Below are positions 9,709-19,914 of a stretch of DNA of 64,000 bases, piece after piece. Every line of letters starts with the position of its first letter. Positions within the stretch are counted from its first letter, which is position 1. Under the pieces are notes generated by a model, which was not told the origin of the DNA, ran no database searches, and was given only the letters and a program-made list of their open reading frames with translations. Both the position numbers and the translations under genes were made by a program. The DNA comes from Candidatus Latescibacterota bacterium (GTDB lineage: Bacteria > Latescibacterota > UBA2968), in NCBI GenBank assembly GCA_965198115.1, contig OZ240241.1, positions 3,936,001 to 4,000,000 of the forward strand. Direction: 5' to 3'.

Positions 9709-10596
9709 ATGATCCGTTTCCACGCATCATGGCTTCGGACAGCGCTCGCTGCGGCGGTCGCGACGACGGCTTCGGGCATGGCATTCGCGCAGACGACGAG
9801 CACGTCCGCGCGGTCCTGCCCGTTCACCACGTCGCCTGTCGCCATCGGCGCGGCGGAGTCTGTATCCTCGGGGCCCACGTCCCGTGATGATTTCTACTTC
9901 CGGGCCGGGGTTGTTCTCGACGGGTCGCAAGAAACGCGGTTCAAGAATGTGGACTGTTCAAGCACCTCTCCGGCGGCCCTCTATGGCTTCGGGAACGGTA
10001 GCGACGACGCGCCCCTGAGTTCGCTCGGTGATTTCGGAACGATGGCCGGTTTCGAGTTCGGGCTCGGCTATAATGCCGCGACGCCCGCCCTACGGATCGA
10101 AGCAGTCATTCAGCACCGCCCGAACTTCTCCTTCGAGGGCCGCGCCAATTTTACTCAAACCACGGGGCGACAAGCCGTCTCGGCGGATCTGTCCTCCCTG
10201 ACCGGCATGCTTGCCGCTTACCTGGACCTCCCCGAACTCGGCCTGCCCCGGCTCGGTCCCTTCAGCCCGTTCATCGGCGCCGGCGGCGGCCTGTCCCGCA
10301 TCGATATCGATGAAACGCAGATGGAGTTCCCGAAGACGGCGACCCGCGTTCCAGGCGGACAACGGGTCAATCTCGCTTGGATGCTGGGGGCGGGATTTGC
10401 AGCATCTCCGGGGGAGAACGTGACGCTTGATCTCGCTTGGCGTTACACGGATTACGGCGCCGTCGAAACCGGCAGAGCCAGAGGCCGGATCGTCTGGCAC
10501 GACGGGAACCGCGACCCGCTGGAGATCAATTTCGCCGAAACGAGGGCTGATCTGCGAGGGCATGGACTTATGCTCTCCTTGCGCCACGTGTTCTGA
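9709..10596 (+). CDS. Outer-membrane beta-barrel protein (opacity/OmpW-like)
   Basis: Signal peptide (..GMAFA-Q), amphipathic strands, PFIGAGGG, LDLAWRYTDYG and C-terminal Phe. Confidence 0.8.
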   Translation: MIRFHASWLRTALAAAVATTASGMAFAQTTSTSARSCPFTTSPVAIGAAESVSSGPTSRDDFYFRAGVVLDGSQETRFKNVDCSSTSPAALYGFGNGSDDAPLSSLGDFGTMAGFEFGLGYNAATPALRIEAVIQHRPNFSFEGRANFTQTTGRQAVSADLSSLTGMLAAYLDLPELGLPRLGPFSPFIGAGGGLSRIDIDETQMEFPKTATRVPGGQRVNLAWMLGAGFAASPGENVTLDLAWRYTDYGAVETGRARGRIVWHDGNRDPLEINFAETRADLRGHGLMLSLRHVF

Positions 10597-11012
10597 GCCG
10601 GCAGTTCGGCCGGCCCGATATCCGTTCCCTGCCGCAACCGGTGATGCCCTTGTCGATGTTATTCCTTGCCAGTCTTTTCCAGCCCTCCAAGCCGCAGCTC
10701 CCCATTCCATGATGCCGATCCCGGAGCTTGGCGACATCCGTTCCCCCGGAAGCGCTTGGAAGTTCCGACCCTTCGGGTCGCCGCGGAGGGGGCGGCTGAT
10801 GAAGGCCATGAGACCGTCTTCAGGCTTCATGCCGGACGAGGGTGTGCGGCGTGGGTCGGCGTTCGGGTGATGGGGCTGGCCGGCACTCCGACCGTCCATA
10901 TGCGGTCAGTTGAGGCGAGACCACCGGTTGCTCTGGTGCGAGCCTCAGGCTATTGTTCGGGTGTCTACCCGCACGCTTATTACCACATCAGGGTCCTTTA
11001 AACTTCTAACTA

Positions 11013-12179
11013 GTGTCACGTCCCGCGTATAAGCTTCAAAAGTTTATGGACTTTCTCGAGGATTGAATCTGCCGTGGCGGTCCAGACGAAGGGTGTAGAA
11101 TTCTCGTTGTAGTGATCAGTGAATTTCTTGATGCAGGCGATCAGGTCCTTGACGCTTCTGAAGGTGCCTCGTCGAATGGCTCTTTGGGTGATGATACCGA
11201 ACCAGATCTCTACCTGGTTCAGCCAGGAGGCATATGTTGGTGTGTAGTGCACGTGATATCGTTTCCGTGAGGCGAGCCAACGCTTGACGTTCGGGTGCTT
11301 GTGCGTGCCGTAATTATCGACGACCAGATGGATGTCGAGATCCTTTGGGACGTTCTTGTCGATGTGCTTGAGGAACTGAAGGAACTCTTTGTTGCGGTGT
11401 CTGGGCTTGCACTGAGTCAGAACTTTGCCGGATGCGATGTTGAGCGCTGCAAAGAGGGTGGTCGTGCCGTTCCGGATATAGCTGTGAGTGACGCCCTCGA
11501 CGTATCCGAGACCCAAAGGAAGAATCGGTTGTGTCCGTTCGAGTGCTTGAATCTGGCTCTTCTCGTCTACACAGAGCACCATCGCGTTGTCCGGTGGGTT
11601 CAGGTATAGACCGACGATATCCCTGACTTTCTCGACGAAGAAGGGATCGTTCGACAGTTTGAAGTGCTTCTGTCGATGCGGTTGCAGTCCAAAAGCTTTC
11701 CATACACGTTGAACCGAGGACTTGGAGAGCCCCGTCTCGTCGGCCATCGAACGACAGGTCCCAGTGGGTGGCACCCTTCGGTTGCTTCTTGAGCGTCTTG
11801 TAGATGAGGGAGGAGATCTCTTCGTCGCTGACCGACCGTGGCCCTCCAGGACGCAATTCGTCATACAGTCCCATCAAGCCTTGCTCGCAGAAGCGACGAC
11901 GCCACTTGCCGACAGACGCTCCGGACAACCCGACTCGTTCCGCGATCTCCTGATTGGTCAGACCGCAATCGCTCATCAAGACGATCTTCGCGCGACGCAC
12001 CAAAGCGTGAGACATGCTACGCGAACGAGACAATGACTCGAGTTGATCGTGGACCTCATCACTGATGTTCAGTGGCTGTAACGGACGACCTCTAGCCATC
12101 GGTTCCTCCCAAGAATGAGTGCTTGAGGAACCATACGACAGAATCGAATATTTTTCTAGTTATTCCTGGGACGTGACAC
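11013..12179 (-). mobile_element. IS630-family element
   Basis: IR GTGTCACGTCCC / GGGACGTGACAC with a TA duplication in a CTAG target. Confidence 0.92.
11016..12099 (-). pseudogene. IS630 transposase with a 1-nt frameshift near 11760
   Basis: HTH region in ORF 12099-; DDE region (CVDEKSQIQAL, VVDNYGTHK, WLNQVEIWF) in ORF 11864-; extra G at the ATHW/TCRS junction. Confidence 0.88.
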
Positions 12180-12203
12180 TAGCGTCTTTGTGTTCAGAAT
12201 CCG

Positions 12204-12590
12204 ATGAACGCGGTTAAAACCCTTGAAGCTTATTTCGACGCACTCGTTGCTGGTGACGCAGAACGGTTGATTGCTCTCATCTCAAGGGCCGATCACTTCG
12301 TCAAGATCGGCACGGACGATGGGGAATACATTCAAGGGGGATCGAAAGTCGCTGATTACTATCGTCATCACGTCGCCAGCACGCGGAACTTCTCGATCGA
12401 CGTCGACCATATGGACGTGCAGGAGCGAAACAGCACAGCCTGGTTCTACACTCGTCAGACGTGGCAATTGGAGTGGCAGGGGCACCAGGAAACCCTCGCA
12501 ATGCGCCTGACCGGCGTCCTGGAAAAGGAAAGCGATAACTGGAAATTCGTCCAGATCCACGCCTCCATCGGACACCCACCAATTTCATAA
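12204..12590 (+). CDS. SnoaL/NTF2-like protein
   Basis: YFDALVAGDAERL...RLTGVLEKESDNWKFVQIHAS. Confidence 0.85.
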   Translation: MNAVKTLEAYFDALVAGDAERLIALISRADHFVKIGTDDGEYIQGGSKVADYYRHHVASTRNFSIDVDHMDVQERNSTAWFYTRQTWQLEWQGHQETLAMRLTGVLEKESDNWKFVQIHASIGHPPIS

Positions 12591-12625
12591 TTCCCTAATG
12601 TCCTAACTTCATAATCGAGGTCACA

Positions 12626-13516
12626 GTGTCCCTCAGACTCACGCTTCTCGGCACCGGCACTCCCTCTCCGTTCATCCATCGCGCAGGCTCCAGCTACCTC
12701 GTCACGTTCGGTGACAACGTGTTCCTCTTCGACTGCGGCCCCGGCTCCGTTCGCCGACTGTTGAGGAAGGGTTTTACGCCCGATGCCGTCACGCACCTCT
12801 TCCTGACCCATCTTCACTACGATCACTGCGTCGACTACGGGTATCTCGTCCTCTGCCGCTGGGACCAGGGAGCAGGCAAGATTCCCGAGCTCGAAGTCTA
12901 CGGCCCACCGCCCGTCGCACGTATGACCGAACGCCTCTTCGCGGAAGACGGCGCTTTCGGGCCCGATCTCGCGGCACGGACGCGTCACGAAGGAAGCGAT
13001 TTCGTTTACGAAATGCGAGGCGGCGTTTTGCCTCGTCAGAGACCATCACCCCACGTGACCGAGGTATCGGATGGCGACACCATCGACGGCAGCGGGTGGA
13101 GCGTGTCTGTCGCCGAAGTCATCCACGTCCAGCCTTACCTCAGGTGCCTCGCCTACAGGTTCGAAACGGCCGACAAGACCATCGTCTTCGGCGGCGACAC
13201 CGCTCCCATCGACAGCCTGACGAACCTGGCGCGCGAAGCCGACGTTCTCATTCACATGTGCCACCTGATGAACGGCGTCGTCACCGACCCCAGAATCACC
13301 GGATGCTGCTCTGGCCATCTCGACGCCGCCCGTACGGCTCGTGATGCGGGCGTGAAGACGCTGGTGCTCGTCCACATCACGAATCAGATGGAAGGACCAG
13401 GGGTGCGCGAACGGGTCCTGCGCGAAGCGGGAGAGATCTACGACGGGGACATCATCTTCGGTGAGGACTTGTTGGAGGTACCGCTGGGAGGGATCGAGAC
13501 CGAAAAGATTCAGTAG
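12626..13516 (+). CDS. MBL-fold hydrolase (RNase Z/ElaC/arylsulfatase-like)
   Basis: LLGTGTP, FDCGPG, THLHYDH, GGDT and LVLVH motifs. Confidence 0.9.
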   Translation: MSLRLTLLGTGTPSPFIHRAGSSYLVTFGDNVFLFDCGPGSVRRLLRKGFTPDAVTHLFLTHLHYDHCVDYGYLVLCRWDQGAGKIPELEVYGPPPVARMTERLFAEDGAFGPDLAARTRHEGSDFVYEMRGGVLPRQRPSPHVTEVSDGDTIDGSGWSVSVAEVIHVQPYLRCLAYRFETADKTIVFGGDTAPIDSLTNLAREADVLIHMCHLMNGVVTDPRITGCCSGHLDAARTARDAGVKTLVLVHITNQMEGPGVRERVLREAGEIYDGDIIFGEDLLEVPLGGIETEKIQ

Positions 13517-13524
13517 CGGGAGAA

Positions 13525-13616
13525 AGAATCGATATCTGATATCCGACGCAAGAAATCAGATGTATGAGATTTCCTCTCTCGGATATATGATCTCACTTCT
13601 CGGATGTCGGATATCG
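13525..13616. repeat. Degenerate heptamer-period intergenic repeat with dyad symmetry (GATATCCGAC...GTCGGATATC)
   Basis: Visible 7-nt periodicity between convergent genes; could act as a bidirectional terminator. Confidence 0.6.
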
Positions 13617-13634
13617 TTTTGCTCGTGGGCGCTT

Positions 13635-16307
13635 CTATAGTTTCCAGAAGTACGAAACTTTCATCTGCACCGAGCGGTTCAGCTGAGCGAAGTCACTCTC
13701 CGTGTCCCAGGCGTGGTTGTAAACGAGGAAGATGTCGCTGCCGGGTGCAAAGCGATAATTGAGGAGGAAGTTGCTGCCGACAACCTCACGCCGGCTGTTC
13801 CACTGGACAAGACCGCGAATGAAGAAATCCGGCGAGAAGGTGTAGAGGAACCGGTTCGTCAGCTGATTGGTCTGGAAGTCGCCGCCTGGCAACGCCACGC
13901 GGTTGTTTGAATAGGTCGTCTCGATCGTAAACTGGCTCGACAGCTTGATGTCGCCTCCGAGCGAGATACGCTTTCGCGTACCATCGAAGAATTCTCCCCA
14001 CTGATAGGACGCGCGCCCCCCGATCGCCCGGGCGCCGTTCGAGAACAGATTCGCGCTATACGACGTGAACGCATAGTCGCCGATCGGAATCTCGACGTCG
14101 TCCGACACGTCGAAAACATCGTCCAACCGTTCGAACCGCCGCTCGACGCGCATGCCAATCCAGTCGTCCGATTTCAGGTTCGTGAAGAACGAGGACCGAA
14201 GCCTACTCGACTGAAGCAGGTTGTTCTGATCCGTGAGGTAGGTGTACTCCGGGCCGAACGAGAACTGGCGGATGGCCGGCAGGTTTCTGAACCGCGGCCG
14301 CCATCGCGTTTCGACATTGTACCGCCGGATGTCGTCCCGTGGTACGAACCCGACCTCGGGGTTGAAGTTCTCCTGCACATCTAGATACTTCGCCTCCAGC
14401 TGGAGGTTGTATTTCCGGAACTCCACTTCTGCGTTGTGAGCCAGGTCCTTTTCGAGCTTCCCTGGTGTCCAACTCTTTGCGAACCATCCCTTCAGCTTGA
14501 GCGCCGAGCCGAAGAAGGAAAAATTGAGATCGCCCCCGATCACCCGGTTGTAGTCATCATCCTCGCCCGGCGACCGGTTCGTTCCGATGAACCCGATGTT
14601 CGATCGGCCGAAGATGTCCCGCCGAACACGAAGGACAGACAGGTTGGTCCGCTCCACGCTCAGTGTGTCGGGTATGTCCACATCGATCGTATCGGTGAAC
14701 GATCCACCGAACAGCTCGGCTTCGTCTTTATCGAGTGAGTCGCCGAAAGCGGTAATGAATCGGTCTTCCGTATCCTCACCAACAAACGTTCCTGCCTTTG
14801 TCATCACGTTGAGCGCGCCGATCTCGTAGGCGCCCGCTCGCCCCGTTACCTTGCTGCCGAAGATAACCGGGATATTGTGTCCGTCCTGGATACCGATCTT
14901 TCGACTGTAGAAGACCAGCGTGGGCGGACGGCTGTTACTGCCGCCACGGAACTCGATCGTCTCGCCGAAATCGAAGATACCGGCCCCTTCGAGGAAGAAG
15001 TCTCGCAGTTCGGGGAAGAAGAGGCTGAATCGCGTCAGGTTCACCCGCTCCTGATCCGCCTCGACCTGGGCAAAGTCCGTCTTGTAGGAAAGGTCCAGCG
15101 TCAGACTCGGGGTCAAACCGTACTTGAGATCGACCCCTGCATCGAGCGTAGGCTGCTCGGTCGGGTCGAGGCCGTCGAACTGCCGGTTGGTACCACCCAA
15201 TGAGTAGGGCGTGATCTGAAGACGCGGCTTCGTTCTCAGCGCGCCGATGCCGCCGAGCGTCCCCAACATCGATGTTCGATACTGGCCGCGGAATCCATAG
15301 TCCAAAGGGGGTGGCATCAAGAAGATTTCCTCGTTCTTGCGCTTGATGGTGCGCCCCAGATTCAGCCCCCAGATCGCATCCCCGCTCTCTGCGTAGCGTA
15401 ACTGATCCAGATCGATCGCCATCTCGGCGCTCCATCCTTCTGCATCCCGAGACGACCTGGTTTGCCAGATACAGTCCCACGCCTCATTGCGAGTGCGGCC
15501 TTCGTCGCTCAGAAGCATGTCATACTGAGCACCGAGCGGATTCGTTCTGAAGTAGAAGCCACCCCGCCGGTCGTTGTATGTGTCGAAGATCACGGATACG
15601 TTGTCGTCGTCGTTCAGCTCCGAATCACGCTGCATGCGGGACGCCACGATTCGGTTCGGTTCGGAGTCATAACAGCGGAAGCCGAGGTAGATACGGTCGT
15701 CATCCACGAGGATGCGAACTTCGGTCTTCTCCGTTGCGGGATCCCCCTCGAAGGGCTCTCGCTGCAAGAAATCGTCGATCGACATGGCCGACTGCCAGAC
15801 CGCATCGTCGAGGCGGCCGTCGATCTTGGGTGGTTCAGCAGTCCGATAAGCCTGGACCTGAGGCGCGGAAAGCCCACGGGAGAACAACGGAACCGAAACC
15901 GAGGGCATCCCACGTTGTGGAATCAGCGGGTTCGCAGGCGGCGTCATCGGCTTGGGGGGGAAGCTGAATAACCGTAGGCTTCCACCGGCAACCTTCAACA
16001 AGGAGGCCTGCGTGATGCCCGGTTCGAGGTCGACGAGTTCCGCGCGGGCAAACCGTCGCGATCCCTCCACGATCTGCGCGATTCCGATCAGGCTGGACCT
16101 GTCCGGAGCCGCAGAGGACCCATTGGTCATGGCCCCGTTAAAGACCTGGAATCGATCGCCCGGGCGCACAGGTGTGCCGTCTCTCAAGGAAACGAACAGC
16201 ATCCTGTCGGACATCCGCACGACGTGCCCCCGCAGTTCCTGACCGGAGACGGGGCCGGTGAAGCAGATCAGTAGACAGAAGAAAGCTGACAGATGGGCTC
16301 GCATCAT
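13635..16307 (-). CDS. CBM9 + DUF5916 outer-membrane protein
   Basis: PKIDGRLDDAVW, DTYNDRRGGFYFRTNPLG, DFAQVEAD, RFSLFFPELRDFFLEG, C-terminal beta-barrel and signal peptide. Confidence 0.88.
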   Translation of the reverse strand: MMRAHLSAFFCLLICFTGPVSGQELRGHVVRMSDRMLFVSLRDGTPVRPGDRFQVFNGAMTNGSSAAPDRSSLIGIAQIVEGSRRFARAELVDLEPGITQASLLKVAGGSLRLFSFPPKPMTPPANPLIPQRGMPSVSVPLFSRGLSAPQVQAYRTAEPPKIDGRLDDAVWQSAMSIDDFLQREPFEGDPATEKTEVRILVDDDRIYLGFRCYDSEPNRIVASRMQRDSELNDDDNVSVIFDTYNDRRGGFYFRTNPLGAQYDMLLSDEGRTRNEAWDCIWQTRSSRDAEGWSAEMAIDLDQLRYAESGDAIWGLNLGRTIKRKNEEIFLMPPPLDYGFRGQYRTSMLGTLGGIGALRTKPRLQITPYSLGGTNRQFDGLDPTEQPTLDAGVDLKYGLTPSLTLDLSYKTDFAQVEADQERVNLTRFSLFFPELRDFFLEGAGIFDFGETIEFRGGSNSRPPTLVFYSRKIGIQDGHNIPVIFGSKVTGRAGAYEIGALNVMTKAGTFVGEDTEDRFITAFGDSLDKDEAELFGGSFTDTIDVDIPDTLSVERTNLSVLRVRRDIFGRSNIGFIGTNRSPGEDDDYNRVIGGDLNFSFFGSALKLKGWFAKSWTPGKLEKDLAHNAEVEFRKYNLQLEAKYLDVQENFNPEVGFVPRDDIRRYNVETRWRPRFRNLPAIRQFSFGPEYTYLTDQNNLLQSSRLRSSFFTNLKSDDWIGMRVERRFERLDDVFDVSDDVEIPIGDYAFTSYSANLFSNGARAIGGRASYQWGEFFDGTRKRISLGGDIKLSSQFTIETTYSNNRVALPGGDFQTNQLTNRFLYTFSPDFFIRGLVQWNSRREVVGSNFLLNYRFAPGSDIFLVYNHAWDTESDFAQLNRSVQMKVSYFWKL

Positions 16308-16587
16308 CGATTCCATACACTGTTTAGACAAAGAAGGGGGCCCGCAGTCCAAAGGACCGTGGGCCTTTATACTATCGTCCTGTTAAGTAATTGTATTTAC
16401 AGTCATGACCTCCGGCAAAGCCGGAGGCTTGAAAACTTGTGAACCGCTCAAAGCGGTTGGAAACCAAGCGCCACCTAAAGGTGGCGATTACCTGAAAATG
16501 TTGAGCTGGTCGGTCCTCCCGCTCCTGGTTCTGGATATACTCCCGAACCGTCTGTTCATCCTTGCCAAGGTGAGGTCCCTATCCTAG

Positions 16588-18142
16588 GAGCCTGTCGGAG
16601 TACCCAGCCGGAGGAAGATTTCGTATTGTAGAAGTGCGATCAAGGTTCCGACTCTGAATTGGAGGTTTCCGTTGAGCACTTCTACTCGGTTTCGTGTCTA
16701 CAATCCGGCTCAGTTGATGTTGCTGCCTCCGGATCTCCGGAGTTGGCTTCCCAAGGGTCATCCGACCTACTTCATTCTGGATATCGTCGGACAACTTGAT
16801 TTGTCCGCGATCTACGAGACCTACGATGGGTCTCAAGGTGGCCAGCCACCGTATGATCCCCGGATGATGGTGAGCCTACTGCTGTATGGTTACTGTGAAG
16901 GCATCAGGAGTTCCCGCAAGATCGAGCGTGCGACCTATGACTCGGTTGCTTTCCGTGTGCTCAGCCTGGATCAGCATCCTGATCACGACACGATATCGAC
17001 CTTTCGTCAACGGCATCTGGATGCCCTCTCAGGTCTGTTCAGGCAAGTGCTGTGTCTCTGCGTGAAGGCAGGTCTGGTGAAGCTGGGACACGTGGCGTTG
17101 GATGGCACGAAAGTCAAAGCAAATGCCTCAAAACACAAAGCGATGAGCTACGGCCGGATGAAGAAGAAAGAAGCCGAGATCGAGGCCGAAGTGCGCAGAC
17201 TCTTGACCGAGGCCGAAGCCACTGACGCGGCCGAAGACGAACTCTACGGAAAGGACAACCGCGGCGACGAGTTGCCCGAGGAGTTGCAGCACCGGGAGAC
17301 TCGACTCAAAGTAATCCGCGACGCAATAGCCGAGATCGAAGCCGAAGCGGAGGCTGAGTTTCCTGAGAAGCAGGCAGCGTATGAAGAGAAGGTAAAGGCC
17401 CGGGAGCGCCGCGGCGGTCGTGGACGTAAGCCCAAGCCTCCATCGAAAGAGCCCGACTGAAAGGAACAACTGAACTTCACCGATCCCGACTCACGGATCA
17501 TGGTCTCAGGGGGCCAATTCCTTCAAGCCTACAACTGCCAAGCTGCTGTGGATGACAAGGCCCAGATTGTCGTTGCTGCCGACGTCACCCAAGAAGCTGA
17601 TGACAAGAACCAGATGACACCTATGGTCAACCAGATCAGAGCGAATATGGGCGGCACGACACCCAAGCACCTCACTGCCGACACCGGATACTTCAACCAA
17701 AGTCAGGTCGATCAGGTTCAATCAGATGGCGTCGACCTCTATGTGGCGACGACAAAACAGAAACATGGAACGCCCATCGCGACCTGCCCCAGGGGACGGA
17801 TCCCCAAGGGGCGCAACGACGAAAGACAAAATGGCGAGAAAGCTTCTCACACAGAAAGGTCGCTGCACCTACTGGAAAAGAAAACAGATCATCGAACCCG
17901 TGTTTGGACAGATCAAATCCGTTCGGAACTTCACCCGATTCTCATTCCGCCGAATCCACAAAGTCATCAGAGAATGGAACCTGATCTGTCTCACACACAA
18001 CCTTCTGAAACTCTATCGACTCTCATTGGCTACCTGATCCCGAAGAGGAACTCGGCTCAAGGAAAAAACGAAGGTAACCGGTCGCTGACAGACTCAGCTG
18101 GACTTAATCTCAACGAGCTTCCGGGTGTAACCTGACAGGCTC
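16588..18142 (+). mobile_element. IS1182-family element
   Basis: IR GAGCCTGTC / GACAGGCTC; 4-bp TSD CTAG at 16584-16587 and 18143-18146. Confidence 0.92.
16672..18037 (+). pseudogene. IS1182 transposase with in-frame TGA at 17458 and a frameshift near 17810
   Basis: PPYDPRMM, SSRKIE, PDHDTISTFR, DGTKVKANAS, NFTDPDSRIM, YNCQAAVD and RKQIIEPVFGQIK motifs. Confidence 0.9.
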
Positions 18143-18222
18143 CTAGTTGAAACTTAAAGGGCTCCAAACTTACGTTGTGGGTAGACGTGTGAGAGCGTGT
18201 ACCCGTAAGAAAGGAGCCCACG

Positions 18223-19470
18223 ATGGAGAAGCTATTTGCAGGGGATGGCGAAGTCAAGGTTGGGTCAGACGTTATGGATTTGGAGACGCGTTTATCGGTG
18301 ATCCGGGCGCTGATTCCGCTGGGTCTGGAGGCCGTTGCCGACGTGCTCCAGCAGGAGGTGGAGCAGCTCGCAGGCGTTCGGTATGCGCGTAAGGGTTCAG
18401 AGCAGTCGCATCGTCGATGGGGAAGCCAGAAAGGGTCCGTGTATCTGATGGACCAGAAGCTGCCGGTGGCCGTTCCCCGTGTGCGCGACGTCGAGTCCGA
18501 TACGGAGGTTTCTCTGGCCGCATACCGGGGGATGCAGAGGCCCAGAGCGATGGATGAGAAGCTGCTGCTTCGTGTGCTCAAGGGAATCTCCTGTCGCAAC
18601 TACAGAGCCTGTGCAGAGTCGGTACCCGAAGCGTTCGGAATTTCGGCATCCTCCGTCTCGCGACGGTTCATCAAAGCCACCGCAAAGAAGCTGAAGCAGT
18701 TCCAGGAACGACCGCTCGACGACTACGACTTGGTCGCCCTGTTCATCGACGGAAAGAGCTTTGCCGACGAAGAGATCGTGATCGCTCCGGGCGTCACGAC
18801 GGACGGCCAGAAGATCCCCCTGGGCTTCGTCGAATCGGCGACGGAGAACGAACGGATCTGCCGTCAGCTGATCCAGGATCTCATCCGGAGAGGCCTGTGC
18901 TACGACCAGGGCCTTCTCGTTGTGCTGGACGGCTCAAAGGGACTCCGCAGTGCCGTCACCAAAGCCCTCAAAGGGGATGTGTGCGTGCATCGCTGTCAGT
19001 GGCACAAGCGCGAGAACGTCGTCAGCTACCTCCCGGAGGCAGAACGTCCAAGAGTTCGACGGAAACTTCAGAAAGCCTATGACTGCGACACCTACGAGGA
19101 GGCAAAGGCCGCACTCGAATCACTCAAACCCGAACTCAAGCTGATGAATCAGTCTGCCGTGGCAAGCCTCGAGGAAGGACTGGAGGAAACCCTGACCCTC
19201 CACCGGCTGGGGATGCTCCCGTTCTTGAAGCGAAGCTTCCGAACCACCAATTGCATCGAGGCGCTCAACAGCATGACCGGCAACCTGATACGGAAGGTCA
19301 ACCGCTGGAACAACTCTCCTCAGCGACACAGATGGGTCGCGGCCGCACTCCTCGACATCGAACCACGCCTGCGACGCGTGAGCGGATACAAACACCTCCC
19401 GCTGCTCAGGCAAGCACTGAAAAACAACCTGAATCTCGGCGACAATCAAGATGCTCGGCAGAGAGCATGA
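18223..19470 (+). CDS. IS256 family transposase (type B)
   Basis: LFIDGK, VLDGSKGL, HRCQWHKREN and RTTNCIEALN motifs. Confidence 0.92.
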   Translation: MEKLFAGDGEVKVGSDVMDLETRLSVIRALIPLGLEAVADVLQQEVEQLAGVRYARKGSEQSHRRWGSQKGSVYLMDQKLPVAVPRVRDVESDTEVSLAAYRGMQRPRAMDEKLLLRVLKGISCRNYRACAESVPEAFGISASSVSRRFIKATAKKLKQFQERPLDDYDLVALFIDGKSFADEEIVIAPGVTTDGQKIPLGFVESATENERICRQLIQDLIRRGLCYDQGLLVVLDGSKGLRSAVTKALKGDVCVHRCQWHKRENVVSYLPEAERPRVRRKLQKAYDCDTYEEAKAALESLKPELKLMNQSAVASLEEGLEETLTLHRLGMLPFLKRSFRTTNCIEALNSMTGNLIRKVNRWNNSPQRHRWVAAALLDIEPRLRRVSGYKHLPLLRQALKNNLNLGDNQDARQRA

Positions 19471-19914
19471 ATACCACGGAGCCCGATGAGTTTCAACTGA
19501 CTATGGGACTTGACCCTTGCCAACGGTGGAGACCCAGTAGCCTCTTGCCCAGAAATGCTGCCCGGTGAAGTTCGACCTGCGTCCCAGATAGTTCCGAGCA
19601 ATGTGAATCGCACTCTTTCCTTTGATGAACCCTACCGTCTGAGCTACTGAGTGCTTCGGCGGGATCGAAATCAACGTGTGCACATGGTCGGATCGCAGGT
19701 GACCCTCTTCCACACGGCATTCCTTCTGTGCGGCCAGATCCCGAATCACCTCGCCCAGATAGCGACGAATTTCACCATACAACACTTTTCTACGATACTT
19801 CCGAACCCAAACAACGTCATACTTGCACTCCCATACCGTGTGACGTAGACTCCTTACGTTGTTCATTAGAGAGCCTTCCTTCCGTGTGCTTTGAGCGGTC
19901 CACGGCAAGGGAGG

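Larger units (their letters stand above)
16569..19515 (+). mobile_element. IS256-family element B inserted in tnpA; its left IR is interrupted by IS1182
   Basis: 8-bp TSD CTTGCCAA (16561-16568, 19516-19523). Reconstituted IRs GGTGAGGTCCCTATCCTAGTTGAAAC / GGTCAAGTCCCATAGTCAGTTGAAAC. Confidence 0.9.
16488..19866 (-). pseudogene. tnpA: IS200 Y1 transposase TnpA, interrupted
   Basis: HTVWECKYDVVW, DHVH (HUH) and FWARGYWVSTVGK on one side; DEQTVREYIQNQ on the far side of the insertion. Confidence 0.9.

Noticed and set aside
10597-11010. ORFs between the OMP gene and IS630
   Set aside because: No recognisable motifs or RBS; probably decayed DNA.
11750-11770. Programmed frameshift in IS630
   Set aside because: No slippery A-run; an extra G in a short run looks like a mutation or sequencing error.
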